From: an uncultured Enterobacterales bacterium
Lineage (GTDB): Bacteria; Myxococcota_A; UBA796; JAFGLY01
Length of the DNA: 64,000 bases
Assembly: GCA_964481655.1 (NCBI GenBank)
Contig: CAYZVO010000002.1
Coordinates: 21,746 to 85,745 of the forward strand
Direction of reading: 5' to 3'
Below, one piece after another: positions 1 to 9,036 of this stretch. Numbering within the stretch: the stretch's first letter is position 1; each line of letters opens with the position of its first letter. The notes under the pieces were generated by a model. It did no database searches. It saw only the letters and a program-made list of their open reading frames with translations, and was not told where the DNA came from. The position numbers and the translations under genes are program-made.

Positions 1-2
1 CC

Positions 3-431
3 CGGATGCCCTTCGACATCCACGCTGGGTTCCTGGAGACCAGCCTCTCGCTGCTGCTGGCACCGGAGACCGTGGGCGACCACCGCGGGGTGCCACCCTG
101 CCCGCTGCTCGAGCCCGCCCCTGGTCCGCTGCGGGGCGCGCGCCTCGCGTCTCGGCTCGGGCTCACCGGTCTGTCCCAGGAGCTCGCCTTCATGGCGAGG
201 GGGCTGGGCTGGTACGGCCTCCGGCCCTTCCCGGGCTACTCGGGGGCTCCCCACCTGGCGAGCGCCGAGGCGGGCCTGGCCTTGGTGGACCAACTCATGC
301 GGCTTATGGCCGACGCCGCGGTGGCCTGCCTGCTGGGCCGCGGGCCCAACCCGCCACCGGCCCTGGCCTGGGTGGGGCCCGCCACGCTCTGGGGACGCAT
401 CCCGCGCTCGAGCGCGGTGGTCGAGCCGTGA
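3..431 (+). CDS. Creatininase/creatinine amidohydrolase family protein, C-terminal part (5'-truncated by window edge)
   Basis: DIHAGFLETS matches the creatininase-family D-x-H-A-G-x-x-E-T-S motif. The frame is open from the window start. Confidence 0.6.
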   Translation, partial: RMPFDIHAGFLETSLSLLLAPETVGDHRGVPPCPLLEPAPGPLRGARLASRLGLTGLSQELAFMARGLGWYGLRPFPGYSGAPHLASAEAGLALVDQLMRLMADAAVACLLGRGPNPPPALAWVGPATLWGRIPRSSAVVEP

Positions 432-434
432 TCC

Positions 435-2168
435 TCAGTCCGCCTTGGGCAGGAACCAGACATTGCTGATGAGGCCACCCTCGACCTGGTAGATGGCCAC
501 CGCCCGCACCGGCTCGCCGCCGCGGATGCCTCGCACCAGCTCGAGGTCGATCACGAACTCCCCGATGACCGTGCGCTGCTCGATGTGGATCTTCAGCTCG
601 GGGCTCGCGGCGAACATGGTGCTGTAGGTCTCCCGCATGGCCTCCTGGCCCTCGGCGATGAGCTCGCCGCTGGGGTGACGCCAGAGCTTGGCGTCCGGGG
701 TGTAGGTGGCCAGGAACCCGTCGATGTCCCGGGCCCCGTAGGCCTCGACCTGGGCCTGGACCACGTCGGCGGCGGTGGGAGGCACCAGGTCGGCGGGGTC
801 GATGCTCTCGCCACCAAGCACCACCCGGTGGATGTGTCGCAGCTGTGTCAGGTCCTGCAGGGGGTCGCCGTCGAGGATCAACAGGTCGGCCAGCTTGCCG
901 CGCTCGAGGGTGCCGATCTCGGGTTCCTCGGCGAAGACCCGGGCCGCGTCGCGGGTGGCGGCGAGCAGCACCAGCTGGTTGTCCATGCCCTCGGACATCA
1001 GCTCGATCTCCCGGTGCACGCTGGGGCCGTGCAGGGTGCCGATGTTGCCGGCGTCGGTGCCCAGGGCCACGGGGACACCCGCCAGCGCCAGGTCGAAGAG
1101 GTTGACGGCCATGACGGGCTGGCGCTCCCGCAGGCGCGCGACGCGGGCCTCGTTGGTCGCGATGGCTCCGTCGTCCAGCGTGGCCAGGGCCAGCTCGTCC
1201 CAGCTGTGCATCACCCAGGGGTCGCCCAGGCTGTGCTCCATCGGGGAGAGATCGAGCCGATCACCCAGCACCTCGGCGTAGCCCTCGTAGACCACGATGG
1301 TGCCCGTGACGACGGTGCCCCGCTCCTTCAGCAGGGCGATGAACGCCTCGTCCACCACGGTGTCGTCGATGCTGTGCACCAGGATGTCGGCGCCGGCCTC
1401 GACCGCGGCGCGCGCGGTCTCGAGCTGGGTGGCGTGCACCGCCACGCGCACGCCCCCGCGGTGGGCCTCGTCCACCACGGCCTGGACGATGGGCAAGCCG
1501 GGGGCGATGCCTTCTTCGGGGTCGAGGATGAACCAGACCTTGATCAGATCCGGGCTCCGCGCCAGCTGTTCCTTCACGAGCTCACGGGCGTGGTCGGGGC
1601 TGTCGGCCTTGATGATCGGCGGGTCGCCGAGGTCCAGCTGGGGGCGGGAGACGGTGGAGATCAGGGGGCCCGCCACCGCCACCCGGGGCGCGTGCTCGCT
1701 CTGATGGGCCTGCTCCCGGGCCTCGAAGTTTCGGAATGGACCGCCCACATCCACCACGGCGGTCACACCGCTGGCGAGGGTGCGGGCGAAGGTGGCGTCG
1801 AGCTGTCCCCAGGCGTGCTCCTGGTCGCTCTCGTAGGACCGCATGGCGGTCAGATCGATGATGTCGGGGCGGGTGTACAGGCCGCCGGTCTGGAAGAAGT
1901 GAACGTGGGTGTCGATCAGCCCCGGCACGATGTAGCGCCCGCTGTGGTCCAGCACCGTGGCGCCCTTGGGGATCTTTACGGCGTCTCGTTGCCCCACACG
2001 GTGGATGCGGTCGTCCTTGATGAGCACGGTGGCGTCCGGGATGGGCTCGGAGCCCGTGCCATCCCACACGGTGGCCCCTACGATTGCGGTCCAGTCGGCG
2101 GCGGAGGCGGGGGAGGCCAGCAGCAGGGAGACGGCCGAGCCGATCAGCAGGGTGCGGACGGGGGACAT
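435..2168 (-). CDS. Secreted metal-dependent amidohydrolase with C-terminal SnoaL/NTF2-like domain
   Basis: Signal peptide after MSPVRTLL. Motifs PGLIDTHVH, IKVW, VAVHA, LVHS, GTDAG and GTLERGKLADLLILDG. Tail VVQAQVEAYGARDIDGFLATY...AIYQVEGGLISNVWF is SnoaL-like. Start re-called at ATG 2168. Confidence 0.85.
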   Translation of the reverse strand: MSPVRTLLIGSAVSLLLASPASAADWTAIVGATVWDGTGSEPIPDATVLIKDDRIHRVGQRDAVKIPKGATVLDHSGRYIVPGLIDTHVHFFQTGGLYTRPDIIDLTAMRSYESDQEHAWGQLDATFARTLASGVTAVVDVGGPFRNFEAREQAHQSEHAPRVAVAGPLISTVSRPQLDLGDPPIIKADSPDHARELVKEQLARSPDLIKVWFILDPEEGIAPGLPIVQAVVDEAHRGGVRVAVHATQLETARAAVEAGADILVHSIDDTVVDEAFIALLKERGTVVTGTIVVYEGYAEVLGDRLDLSPMEHSLGDPWVMHSWDELALATLDDGAIATNEARVARLRERQPVMAVNLFDLALAGVPVALGTDAGNIGTLHGPSVHREIELMSEGMDNQLVLLAATRDAARVFAEEPEIGTLERGKLADLLILDGDPLQDLTQLRHIHRVVLGGESIDPADLVPPTAADVVQAQVEAYGARDIDGFLATYTPDAKLWRHPSGELIAEGQEAMRETYSTMFAASPELKIHIEQRTVIGEFVIDLELVRGIRGGEPVRAVAIYQVEGGLISNVWFLPKAD

Positions 2169-2320
2169 GGGGACCTCGGGCAGGGGGGAGGGTCCGCTAA
2201 TGCGCTGGTGAGGCGCTGTCCGGGCGCCGAGTATCGACACGTACGCGTCGGCGCATCCGGCCTGGCGTGCGCGGGCCCGGTGCGCAGCTTCCCTGGGCAG
2301 CACATCGGTGGAGGAACGAC

Positions 2321-2917
2321 ATGAAGTCCATGTGGAACAAACGCTTTGGCGAGGAACCCGCCCTCTATGGCGAGGCTCCCAACGTCTTCCTCAGGTCGGT
2401 GGCCGATCGCTTCCCGGAGGGCGGGCGCCTGCTGGCACTCGCCGAAGGGCAGGGCCGCAACGCCATCTTCCTGGCTCGCCGGGGCCACCCGGTGGTCGCC
2501 GTGGACAGCGCCGGGGTCGCCATGGCGCAGCTGTCCGTGAGCGCCGAGCGCGAGGGATTGTCCATCGAGACCGTCGTGGCGGACCTCGGGGAGTTCGAGC
2601 CCGATCCGGGCTTCGCCGGCGCCTACGCCACCTTCGCCCACTTGGTGCCCGTCCTCCGAGACCGCGCCTACCGTCGAGCCTGGGACGCCCTGGCTCCCGG
2701 CGGCGTGTTCGTGGTGGAGGCATTCACCCCCGACCAGCTGGGCCGGGGAACGGGCGGGCCGCCGCGGCTGGACTTCCTCTTCGGCGCCGCCGAGCTCCGC
2801 GCGCTGCTGCCCGAGGCCCACTTCGCGCTGCTCGAGGAGGTCGAGGTCGAGCTGGACGAGGGCCCGCTGCATCGCGGCCTGGCCGCTGTGGTCCGGATGG
2901 TGGCGGTCAAGGACTGA
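2321..2917 (+). CDS. Class I SAM-dependent methyltransferase (TehB-like)
   Basis: GGAGGA RBS before ATG 2321. MWNKRF...YGEAPN, LLALAEGQGRNAIFLA and LAPGGVFVVEAF are typical of this family. Confidence 0.85.
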   Translation: MKSMWNKRFGEEPALYGEAPNVFLRSVADRFPEGGRLLALAEGQGRNAIFLARRGHPVVAVDSAGVAMAQLSVSAEREGLSIETVVADLGEFEPDPGFAGAYATFAHLVPVLRDRAYRRAWDALAPGGVFVVEAFTPDQLGRGTGGPPRLDFLFGAAELRALLPEAHFALLEEVEVELDEGPLHRGLAAVVRMVAVKD

Positions 2918-2993
2918 CCGGAACGCCGAATCCCGCGGGCGGGGGCCTGATGAGCGGATAGATCACCCGCCCCACCGTCCCTCGGATCCCGCG

Positions 2994-3722
2994 ATGACCA
3001 CCCTGCTGCCGCTGCTCTTGCTCGCCACGGCGGGCCTCGCCCAGGACGCCCCCCCGGCCCCCTTCGAGCCGCTCCCGCTGCTCGAGCCCCTGCCCCTGCA
3101 CGGCGAGCCCTGGGCCCTCGAGGTGCACAGCTACGTGCTGCCACCCCAGGACGTCTCTTGGCTCGAGAGCACCGATGCCTTCCGGTCCTGCGTGCTCGAC
3201 GGCGTGTTCGAGCCCGGCGGCTCCCCCAGCTACACCCTCGGCGCCTGCCCCCAGGCCATGGGGCCCGTCGCCCTCGAGGCCACCCGCACCTGGCGCATCG
3301 AGCCGGCCCCGGACGCCGAGCCCGACGGCCCCACCCGCTTCCAGGTCCGCTACGTGGTGCGCTACTCCGAGACCCTGGCGACCATGACCACCCACGCCAC
3401 CCTCGACCCGGGCGCCGAGGCCGCCTTCGACGGCTACGCAGGGGTCCCCGGGGTCAAGCTGGTTCACCCGGCGCAGCTCACCAAGCTCAAGCAGCCCAAG
3501 CTGCCCAAGGCCTCCAAGAAGGCCGGCATCACCCCGCCCATCTGCCAGGTCCAGCTCGATGTGGACCCCGGGGGAGAGCCCCACGACGTGGTGGTGCTCG
3601 ACTGCCCCGAGGGCCTGGTCGAGGCCGCCCGCAAGGCCGCCACCAAGGCCAGGTACACCCCCATGGTGGTCGATGGCATGACCCAGGTGGACGAGATCAC
3701 CATCGCGGTGCCCTTCCGCTGA
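2994..3722 (+). CDS. Secreted protein with TonB C-terminal-like domain(s)
   Basis: Signal peptide and Pro-rich linker. C-terminal CQVQLDVDPGGEPHDVVVLDCPEGLVEAARKAATKARYTP resembles TonB_C, and a similar segment occurs N-terminally. Confidence 0.5.
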   Translation: MTTLLPLLLLATAGLAQDAPPAPFEPLPLLEPLPLHGEPWALEVHSYVLPPQDVSWLESTDAFRSCVLDGVFEPGGSPSYTLGACPQAMGPVALEATRTWRIEPAPDAEPDGPTRFQVRYVVRYSETLATMTTHATLDPGAEAAFDGYAGVPGVKLVHPAQLTKLKQPKLPKASKKAGITPPICQVQLDVDPGGEPHDVVVLDCPEGLVEAARKAATKARYTPMVVDGMTQVDEITIAVPFR

Positions 3723-4648
3723 TGCGCGTCCTGCACCTGGCCGACACCCACCTGGGCACCTGGCTGCGGGCCCACGGCGCGCCGGAAGGCTGGTCCAGGG
3801 CCGACGAGCACGCCGAGGCCTTCGAGCGCGCGTTGGTGCCCGCCCTGCGGGGCGAGGTGGATCTGGTGGTGCACGCCGGTGACCTCTTCGACTCGCGCAC
3901 CCCCAGCCGCAAGCTGGTGCGCTGGACCAGCACCGTGCTCGAGCAGGTGGCCGCCCGGGTGCCGGTGGTGCTCATCCCGGGCAACCACGATCCGGCCTCA
4001 CTGCTGAGGCGCTTCCGGATGCCGCCGCCGGGCCTGCACATCATCGACGCACCCTCGCGCCTGCGCTTCGGCGATCTCACCATCGCCGCGCTGCCCTTCA
4101 AGCGCACCGTCGCGGGCTTCCAGCGCGCGGCGGCGGACGCCGTCGGCCCAGGCGCCGATGTGCTCCTGCTGCATCAGGCCGTGAGCGGATGCTCGGTGCC
4201 CCGCTTCGTCTTCCGCGTGGGCAAGCCCGCTGGCACAGTGGGCGAAGAGCACCTGCCGGTCGGCCCGCGCTGGGCCATGGGGGGCCACCTGCACCCCCGC
4301 CAGCGGGTGCGCATCGGTGACATCGAGCTGGTCTACCCGGGGGCCACCGTCCGCACCGCGGCGGCGGAAGGCCCCGCACCCAAGGGCTACGCCCTGTGGG
4401 AGTTCGGGCGCCGGGTGCGCTGGCGCTTCGTGGATCTGCCCGAGCGCCCCTTCCGCATCGTGCGGTCCATCGCCGACCTCGACGCGGTGGGGACCGACGA
4501 GCTGGTGCGCGTCAGCGACCGGGACCACTACGCGGAGCTGTTCCACGCCTGCCGGGCGCGGGGCGCCTGGGTGGTCGGTCGCGGCGCCCACGAGCGCCCC
4601 CGGGAGCGCCGCGAGCGTCCCCCACAGCAGAAGCTCTTCCGCGCTTAG
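3722..4648 (+). CDS. Metallophosphoesterase, SbcD/Mre11-like nuclease
   Basis: All five calcineurin-like motifs are present: ADTHLG, HAGDLFD, PGNHD, LLLHQ, GGHLH. ATG 3722 overlaps the upstream TGA. Confidence 0.85.
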   Translation: MRVLHLADTHLGTWLRAHGAPEGWSRADEHAEAFERALVPALRGEVDLVVHAGDLFDSRTPSRKLVRWTSTVLEQVAARVPVVLIPGNHDPASLLRRFRMPPPGLHIIDAPSRLRFGDLTIAALPFKRTVAGFQRAAADAVGPGADVLLLHQAVSGCSVPRFVFRVGKPAGTVGEEHLPVGPRWAMGGHLHPRQRVRIGDIELVYPGATVRTAAAEGPAPKGYALWEFGRRVRWRFVDLPERPFRIVRSIADLDAVGTDELVRVSDRDHYAELFHACRARGAWVVGRGAHERPRERRERPPQQKLFRA

Positions 4649-5274
4649 TCCTTCGCCAGCAGCTCGTAGGCCCCCAGCAGGTGGACCACGCCCAGCGCAC
4701 CCTCGCGCAGGTGGCGGCGGGTGCGGATCACGGCGACCTCGAGCCGACCGGCCCCGGGATCGGTGGGGGCGACGGCCTCGGCGGCCAGGCCCCAGGCGTC
4801 CATGCCCTGCTGGCGGGCCATCCACAGGGTGCGGGGGAGGTGGTAGCCCTGGGTGATGAACACCACCGGCTGCCAGCTCGGGGCCCGCACATTGGCGAGG
4901 GTGCTGTTGCCGAAGGGGTCCACGCGCACCCGGTCCGGCGCCACCCCCCGCGCCACCAGGGCGGCGGCCAGCTCGCGGGCCGCGGCGTTGGCGGGCTCGT
5001 GACCGCTGACCACGAACACCACGCCAGCTTGGGTCGCGGCCAGCGCCGCGGCGGCCTCCACCCTCTGCAGCGCCACCGGCGAGGGATCACCGGGACCGTA
5101 GACCCGGGCCCCCATCACGCATGCCTCCGCCATGGGGGGCAGCACCGCCGGGTCGGAGACGATGCGGTCGCCCACCGAGGCGTGCAGCCACGCGAGCATC
5201 GCCAGCGGCGAGGCCAGCAGGGCGGCGACGGTGAGGAGGGCGGCCTGGAGCAGGCGGCGGGGCAGGGGAGGCAT
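4645..5274 (-). CDS. SanA/YdcF/ElyC (DUF218) family membrane-anchored protein
   Basis: N-terminal TM helix, VMGA, FVVSG, NSTLAN and ITQGYHLPR motifs. It is the C-terminal part of the 1101-aa track ORF; start re-called at ATG 5274. Confidence 0.8.
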   Translation of the reverse strand: MPPLPRRLLQAALLTVAALLASPLAMLAWLHASVGDRIVSDPAVLPPMAEACVMGARVYGPGDPSPVALQRVEAAAALAATQAGVVFVVSGHEPANAAARELAAALVARGVAPDRVRVDPFGNSTLANVRAPSWQPVVFITQGYHLPRTLWMARQQGMDAWGLAAEAVAPTDPGAGRLEVAVIRTRRHLREGALGVVHLLGAYELLAKD

Positions 5275-5361
5275 GGGAGGGGGGGCGGGGCGGGGCGTTG
5301 AGGCTATGTTGCGGGCGGTGGGTGCTCCGTGTGAGATCGGGGCGTCGCACTCGGAGAACCC

Positions 5362-7395
5362 ATGAAGCGTGGCATCGGCATCCTCTGTATCCTTCAGGGC
5401 GCGGTCTACGTGGCCCTGGCCGTGTTCCTGGGCCCCCGCTGGCTGCCCCTGTACGGGGTGCTGGGCGTGGCCGCGGCGCTGCAGCTCGGCGCGGGCGCCA
5501 TGGTGCTGTTTGGCCGGCCAGCGGCCCCCTGGGTGCGCTACGCGGCCATCGGATCCCTGGTGGCGGTGACCATCGTGGTCGGGCTCTACCTGCAGGCCGG
5601 GTCCCACGCGATCCTGCACTTCGCCAAGGTGGGGGCCGGCATGGGCTGGGCCGTCGTCGGGGGTGTGGTGGCGGCGCTGCCCTGGCTCTTCTTCGTGCCT
5701 GTCTGGCAACTGGTGGAGGTGGGCCTGGGGCGACGATGGGGGGCGGCCAGCGCAGTAAGCCTGCTGGTCGCCCTGGTCCTGCCCACCGCGGTCCACATGG
5801 GCCACCAGGCTCCCATCGAACGCTACCCCGCCCATGACGGCGCCGCGGCGGCGGCGTGGCTGCACGCCCAGTGGCGGGGTGAACCTGCCACGGCGCCGAG
5901 CGGCGAGGGTCCAGCGCTGCTGGTCGTCTCGGTGGTGCAGGAGAGCCGCATCCTGGACAAACAGGTGCTCGAGGGGGACAGCCTGTCGTCGGCCCTCGAG
6001 AGCTGGCGCGTACCCAGCCTGCTCCCCGAGGCTGCGCTGTACGTCGATGTGGCCACGGCCGAGCACCGCCTCGGCACCCCCTGGATCTCCGCCTCGGGGG
6101 TCGCTCTGCTGCCCCTGGGGGAGCACGGGATCCGGGCCAAGGCTCGCACCGTCGGTACCCTCGAGCTGTGGCGCTCCAAGGCCGTTCGCCGCGCGGAGCT
6201 CACCCCAGAGCTGCGGGTCGGGGCCATCGATCTGCGCAAGGTGCCCGGCGGCGACGCCATCAGCGCGGTGCGCTTCTCCAGCTGGCTGGCGGGAGCCGAC
6301 GGCGTGATCGCGGTCCAGCGCACCTGGGCCGCCCCCCCGGAGCTCAGCGCCGACGCGGTGCTCGAGGCCGCGGTGGCGGGGGCCGAGATGGTCGTGCGCA
6401 ACCAGACCCCCGACGGCCGCTTCGCCTACATCGTCAAGGGGCCCAGCGGCGATCTGGGCAAGGGCTACAACTACCCGCGGCACGCGGGCACCGCCTGGTA
6501 CCTGGCCCGGGCCGCCAGCCGCACCGGGGACCCCGAGCTCGCCGCCGCCGCGCGGCTGTCCATCGACCACCTGGGGGAGCGCACCTTCGAGACCACCGAA
6601 GGCCGCGCCTACATCCTCGATCCCGCGCGCACCGACGGAAAGTCCTGGGTGGGCACCACCTCCCTGGCGCTGCTGGCGGCGCTGGAGCTGGACTACCGCC
6701 CGGACCTGCAGGCCTCCTGGAGCGCTCAGGTGCTGTCGGCGGTGAACGACGAGGGTGTCGTGGTGGCCAACTTCGACATCGACAGCGCCAGCTGGCCAGT
6801 CCAGAAGCGCATCTCCTACGCCCAGGGCCAGGGGACCCTCGCGGTGGCGGCGGCTGCGCGGGCGGGGCTGCCGGGGGCTCAGGACGCCCTCGAGCGCATC
6901 GGCGAAGGCTGGGAGGGCCACTATTGGCCGGTGCCGGCGGGCCGCATGTTCACCCTGGGTGAGCACTGGTCCTGCTCGGCGGCCCTGGTGGCCACCGAGG
7001 CCCTGGGGCGCCCGGTGGGTTGGAACATCTGCGAGGGCTACCTGAACCGCGACCGCTTCGCGGTGCCCGACCACCACGGCCCCGTGCAGGCGGTGGCCGG
7101 TGCCGCCGGTGGTGGCGCCGAGGCCGTGATCGCCCGGGCCGAGTACGACCGCCGCCGGGGAGTCCGCGGGCGCTGGTTCGACGACTCGATGGCCTACGCC
7201 CGGCTCTTCCTGGCCTCGGCCTATCGCCCCGGCGACAGCCCCCTGCTGGGCCGGCCCGGCCGCCTCATCGGCGGCTTCCGGGACAACCCGGTGAAGCTCG
7301 ACGTGCAGGTGGACGCCGTGCAGCACATCGGCTGCGCGCTGTTCGGCATCGAGCGGCTGCTGCGGGACCAGGATCTGCCCGGTGGGAGCCCGTGA
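5362..7395 (+). CDS. Membrane protein with C-terminal alpha/alpha-barrel (six-hairpin glycosidase/terpene-cyclase-like) domain
   Basis: About 5 N-terminal TM segments. GRFAY...YNYPRHAGTAWYL and a terminal VDAVQH motif. High GC3 in this frame. Confidence 0.65.
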   Translation: MKRGIGILCILQGAVYVALAVFLGPRWLPLYGVLGVAAALQLGAGAMVLFGRPAAPWVRYAAIGSLVAVTIVVGLYLQAGSHAILHFAKVGAGMGWAVVGGVVAALPWLFFVPVWQLVEVGLGRRWGAASAVSLLVALVLPTAVHMGHQAPIERYPAHDGAAAAAWLHAQWRGEPATAPSGEGPALLVVSVVQESRILDKQVLEGDSLSSALESWRVPSLLPEAALYVDVATAEHRLGTPWISASGVALLPLGEHGIRAKARTVGTLELWRSKAVRRAELTPELRVGAIDLRKVPGGDAISAVRFSSWLAGADGVIAVQRTWAAPPELSADAVLEAAVAGAEMVVRNQTPDGRFAYIVKGPSGDLGKGYNYPRHAGTAWYLARAASRTGDPELAAAARLSIDHLGERTFETTEGRAYILDPARTDGKSWVGTTSLALLAALELDYRPDLQASWSAQVLSAVNDEGVVVANFDIDSASWPVQKRISYAQGQGTLAVAAAARAGLPGAQDALERIGEGWEGHYWPVPAGRMFTLGEHWSCSAALVATEALGRPVGWNICEGYLNRDRFAVPDHHGPVQAVAGAAGGGAEAVIARAEYDRRRGVRGRWFDDSMAYARLFLASAYRPGDSPLLGRPGRLIGGFRDNPVKLDVQVDAVQHIGCALFGIERLLRDQDLPGGSP

Positions 7396-7464
7396 TCCGG
7401 GTCGAATGAAGCGGCCGGCCTCGCCGTCGGTGGGGGGCCCCGCAGGGAGGGGCAGGAGGTGTGC

Positions 7465-8166
7465 ATGTGGCCGATCTTGATGACCGCCCTCCTGGCGTCG
7501 TCGCCCCAGGCCGGTGAGCCGGACCTGGTGCTGCATGGTCCCGCGCGGGACACGGAGATGACCCTCGAGAAGGGCGACTGGCTGCGCATCGACCTGACCC
7601 GGCCCAGCTGCGACTGGGAGCTGACCGAGCTGTCCGGAGGGCTGGCGTTGGTGGAGCAGGCCGGCAATGTCTTCGACCTCGAGGCCACGCGGGTGGGTGC
7701 CGCCAGCTTCACGATGCTGCTGCACTGCGGAGAGCGCACGCTCACCCCCCAGCCCTGGAGCGTCACGGTCCTGAGCGCCCGGCAGGCGCGGGGGTCGGGC
7801 GCCAGCATCCGGGCCACCGAGCTGATCGGGAACTGCTCGCCCACCATCGAGCAGCCGGATCGCGAGCGGCGCCCTGGGCGGCCCATCGCGGCCCAGGTCC
7901 ACCTGTTCCATGGCGAGGTCGGTGTGATGGAGGCGCCGGATCCTGCCCACCCGGCCTTGCTCGAGGTCCTCGAGCTGGACGGCACGGCGCCGGCGGAGCT
8001 CGAGCTCGAGCCGGGCCGCTACACCGCCCTGCTGGTGCGCGACGGCGCCATCATCGAGGACGGCATCCGGTCGTCGGGGGGTGTGCGGAGCTACCGCAGC
8101 TTCGTGGTCTTTCCCGGCCGCACCACCGAGGTGGTGGTCCGCGACAAGCGGCGTGCCGAGTACTGA
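7465..8166 (+). CDS. Hypothetical secreted protein
   Basis: GGAGG RBS 5 nt before ATG 7465, signal-peptide-like N-terminus, beta-rich sequence. Confidence 0.6.
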   Translation: MWPILMTALLASSPQAGEPDLVLHGPARDTEMTLEKGDWLRIDLTRPSCDWELTELSGGLALVEQAGNVFDLEATRVGAASFTMLLHCGERTLTPQPWSVTVLSARQARGSGASIRATELIGNCSPTIEQPDRERRPGRPIAAQVHLFHGEVGVMEAPDPAHPALLEVLELDGTAPAELELEPGRYTALLVRDGAIIEDGIRSSGGVRSYRSFVVFPGRTTEVVVRDKRRAEY

Positions 8167-8225
8167 ACGGCCGGCGCATTGCGCGCGCGCTAAGGGGCCC
8201 GGGCATCACCCTACGGAGTGCCGCC

Positions 8226-8909
8226 ATGCTCGTCCTGCTCTCGCTGCTCGCCTGCACGATGGACCCGATCGACACCGAAGGGCCCGGCCTTCAGCACACG
8301 GCGGAGCCAGAGCCCGTCCTGGCCACCCTCGACCTGCGCAACGCGGTCACCGGGGCCGGGGCCCAGGGGCTCGAGGTCGGCTTCCCCGATGGCGCGGTGA
8401 CCACGGGGGCCGATGGCCTGGCAGCCGGCGAGATCCCGGCCTGGGGATCGTTCGAGCTGACGGTCTCCGGCGAGGGCTACGTGGACCACGTGGTCTTCGG
8501 TCCGGCGGGTGATGAGGACTTCGGCTTCATCACCTACGTGGCGTCCCAGGCCATCACCACCCAGGTCCTCGCCATGCTCGGCAGCTCCTGGGACGCGGGC
8601 ACGGGCTTCGTGGTGGTGGGTGTGGACTACGCAGCGGACCTGTCCCCGGTGGAGGGCGCCACCGTCAGCCTCTCGGCCGACCACGGCGAGCCCTTCGTGT
8701 TCGCGGGTTCGTCACCGGCGCTGGGTTCCACCATTCCATCCGGCGGCATGGGCTTCGTGTCCTTCCCCAGCGTGGCCCTGGGGGACAGCGAGGTCACGGT
8801 GGAACCCCCCAACGGCGTCAGCTGCGTGGCCCACCCCAGCGGTGGGGTGATGCCCCCGGTGCCGGTGCTGGCCGACACGGTGACCGTGCTGGCGTTCCAC
8901 TGCGACTAG
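8226..8909 (+). CDS. Hypothetical lipoprotein with prealbumin/carboxypeptidase-regulatory-like beta-sandwich segments
   Basis: Lipobox LLAC, GGAG RBS. Segments resemble carboxypeptidase regulatory-like domains (VTTGADG, PVEGATVSL). Confidence 0.65.
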   Translation: MLVLLSLLACTMDPIDTEGPGLQHTAEPEPVLATLDLRNAVTGAGAQGLEVGFPDGAVTTGADGLAAGEIPAWGSFELTVSGEGYVDHVVFGPAGDEDFGFITYVASQAITTQVLAMLGSSWDAGTGFVVVGVDYAADLSPVEGATVSLSADHGEPFVFAGSSPALGSTIPSGGMGFVSFPSVALGDSEVTVEPPNGVSCVAHPSGGVMPPVPVLADTVTVLAFHCD

Positions 8910-8981
8910 CGTCGAATCTTCGACGATCGGTTCGACACTTCGACGGTTGAGCGCCCGAAACACGGCGTTCGACCGTCCGCG

Positions 8982-9008
8982 AGCCCCGGCACGGGGTTTG
9001 CTTCTGTT
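8982..9008 (+). terminator. Possible intrinsic terminator upstream of the transposase
   Basis: Stem AGCCCCG-GCA-CGGGGTT followed by a T-rich tail (TGCTTCTGTT). Confidence 0.35.
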
Positions 9009-9036
9009 GAGGGAGATCCCCCAAACGGAGGTCTCC

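Noticed and set aside
5259-5295. G-run cluster (potential G-quadruplex) at the DUF218/5362 divergent junction
   Set aside because: Such runs are expected by chance at this GC content, and part of it encodes Pro codons on the minus strand.
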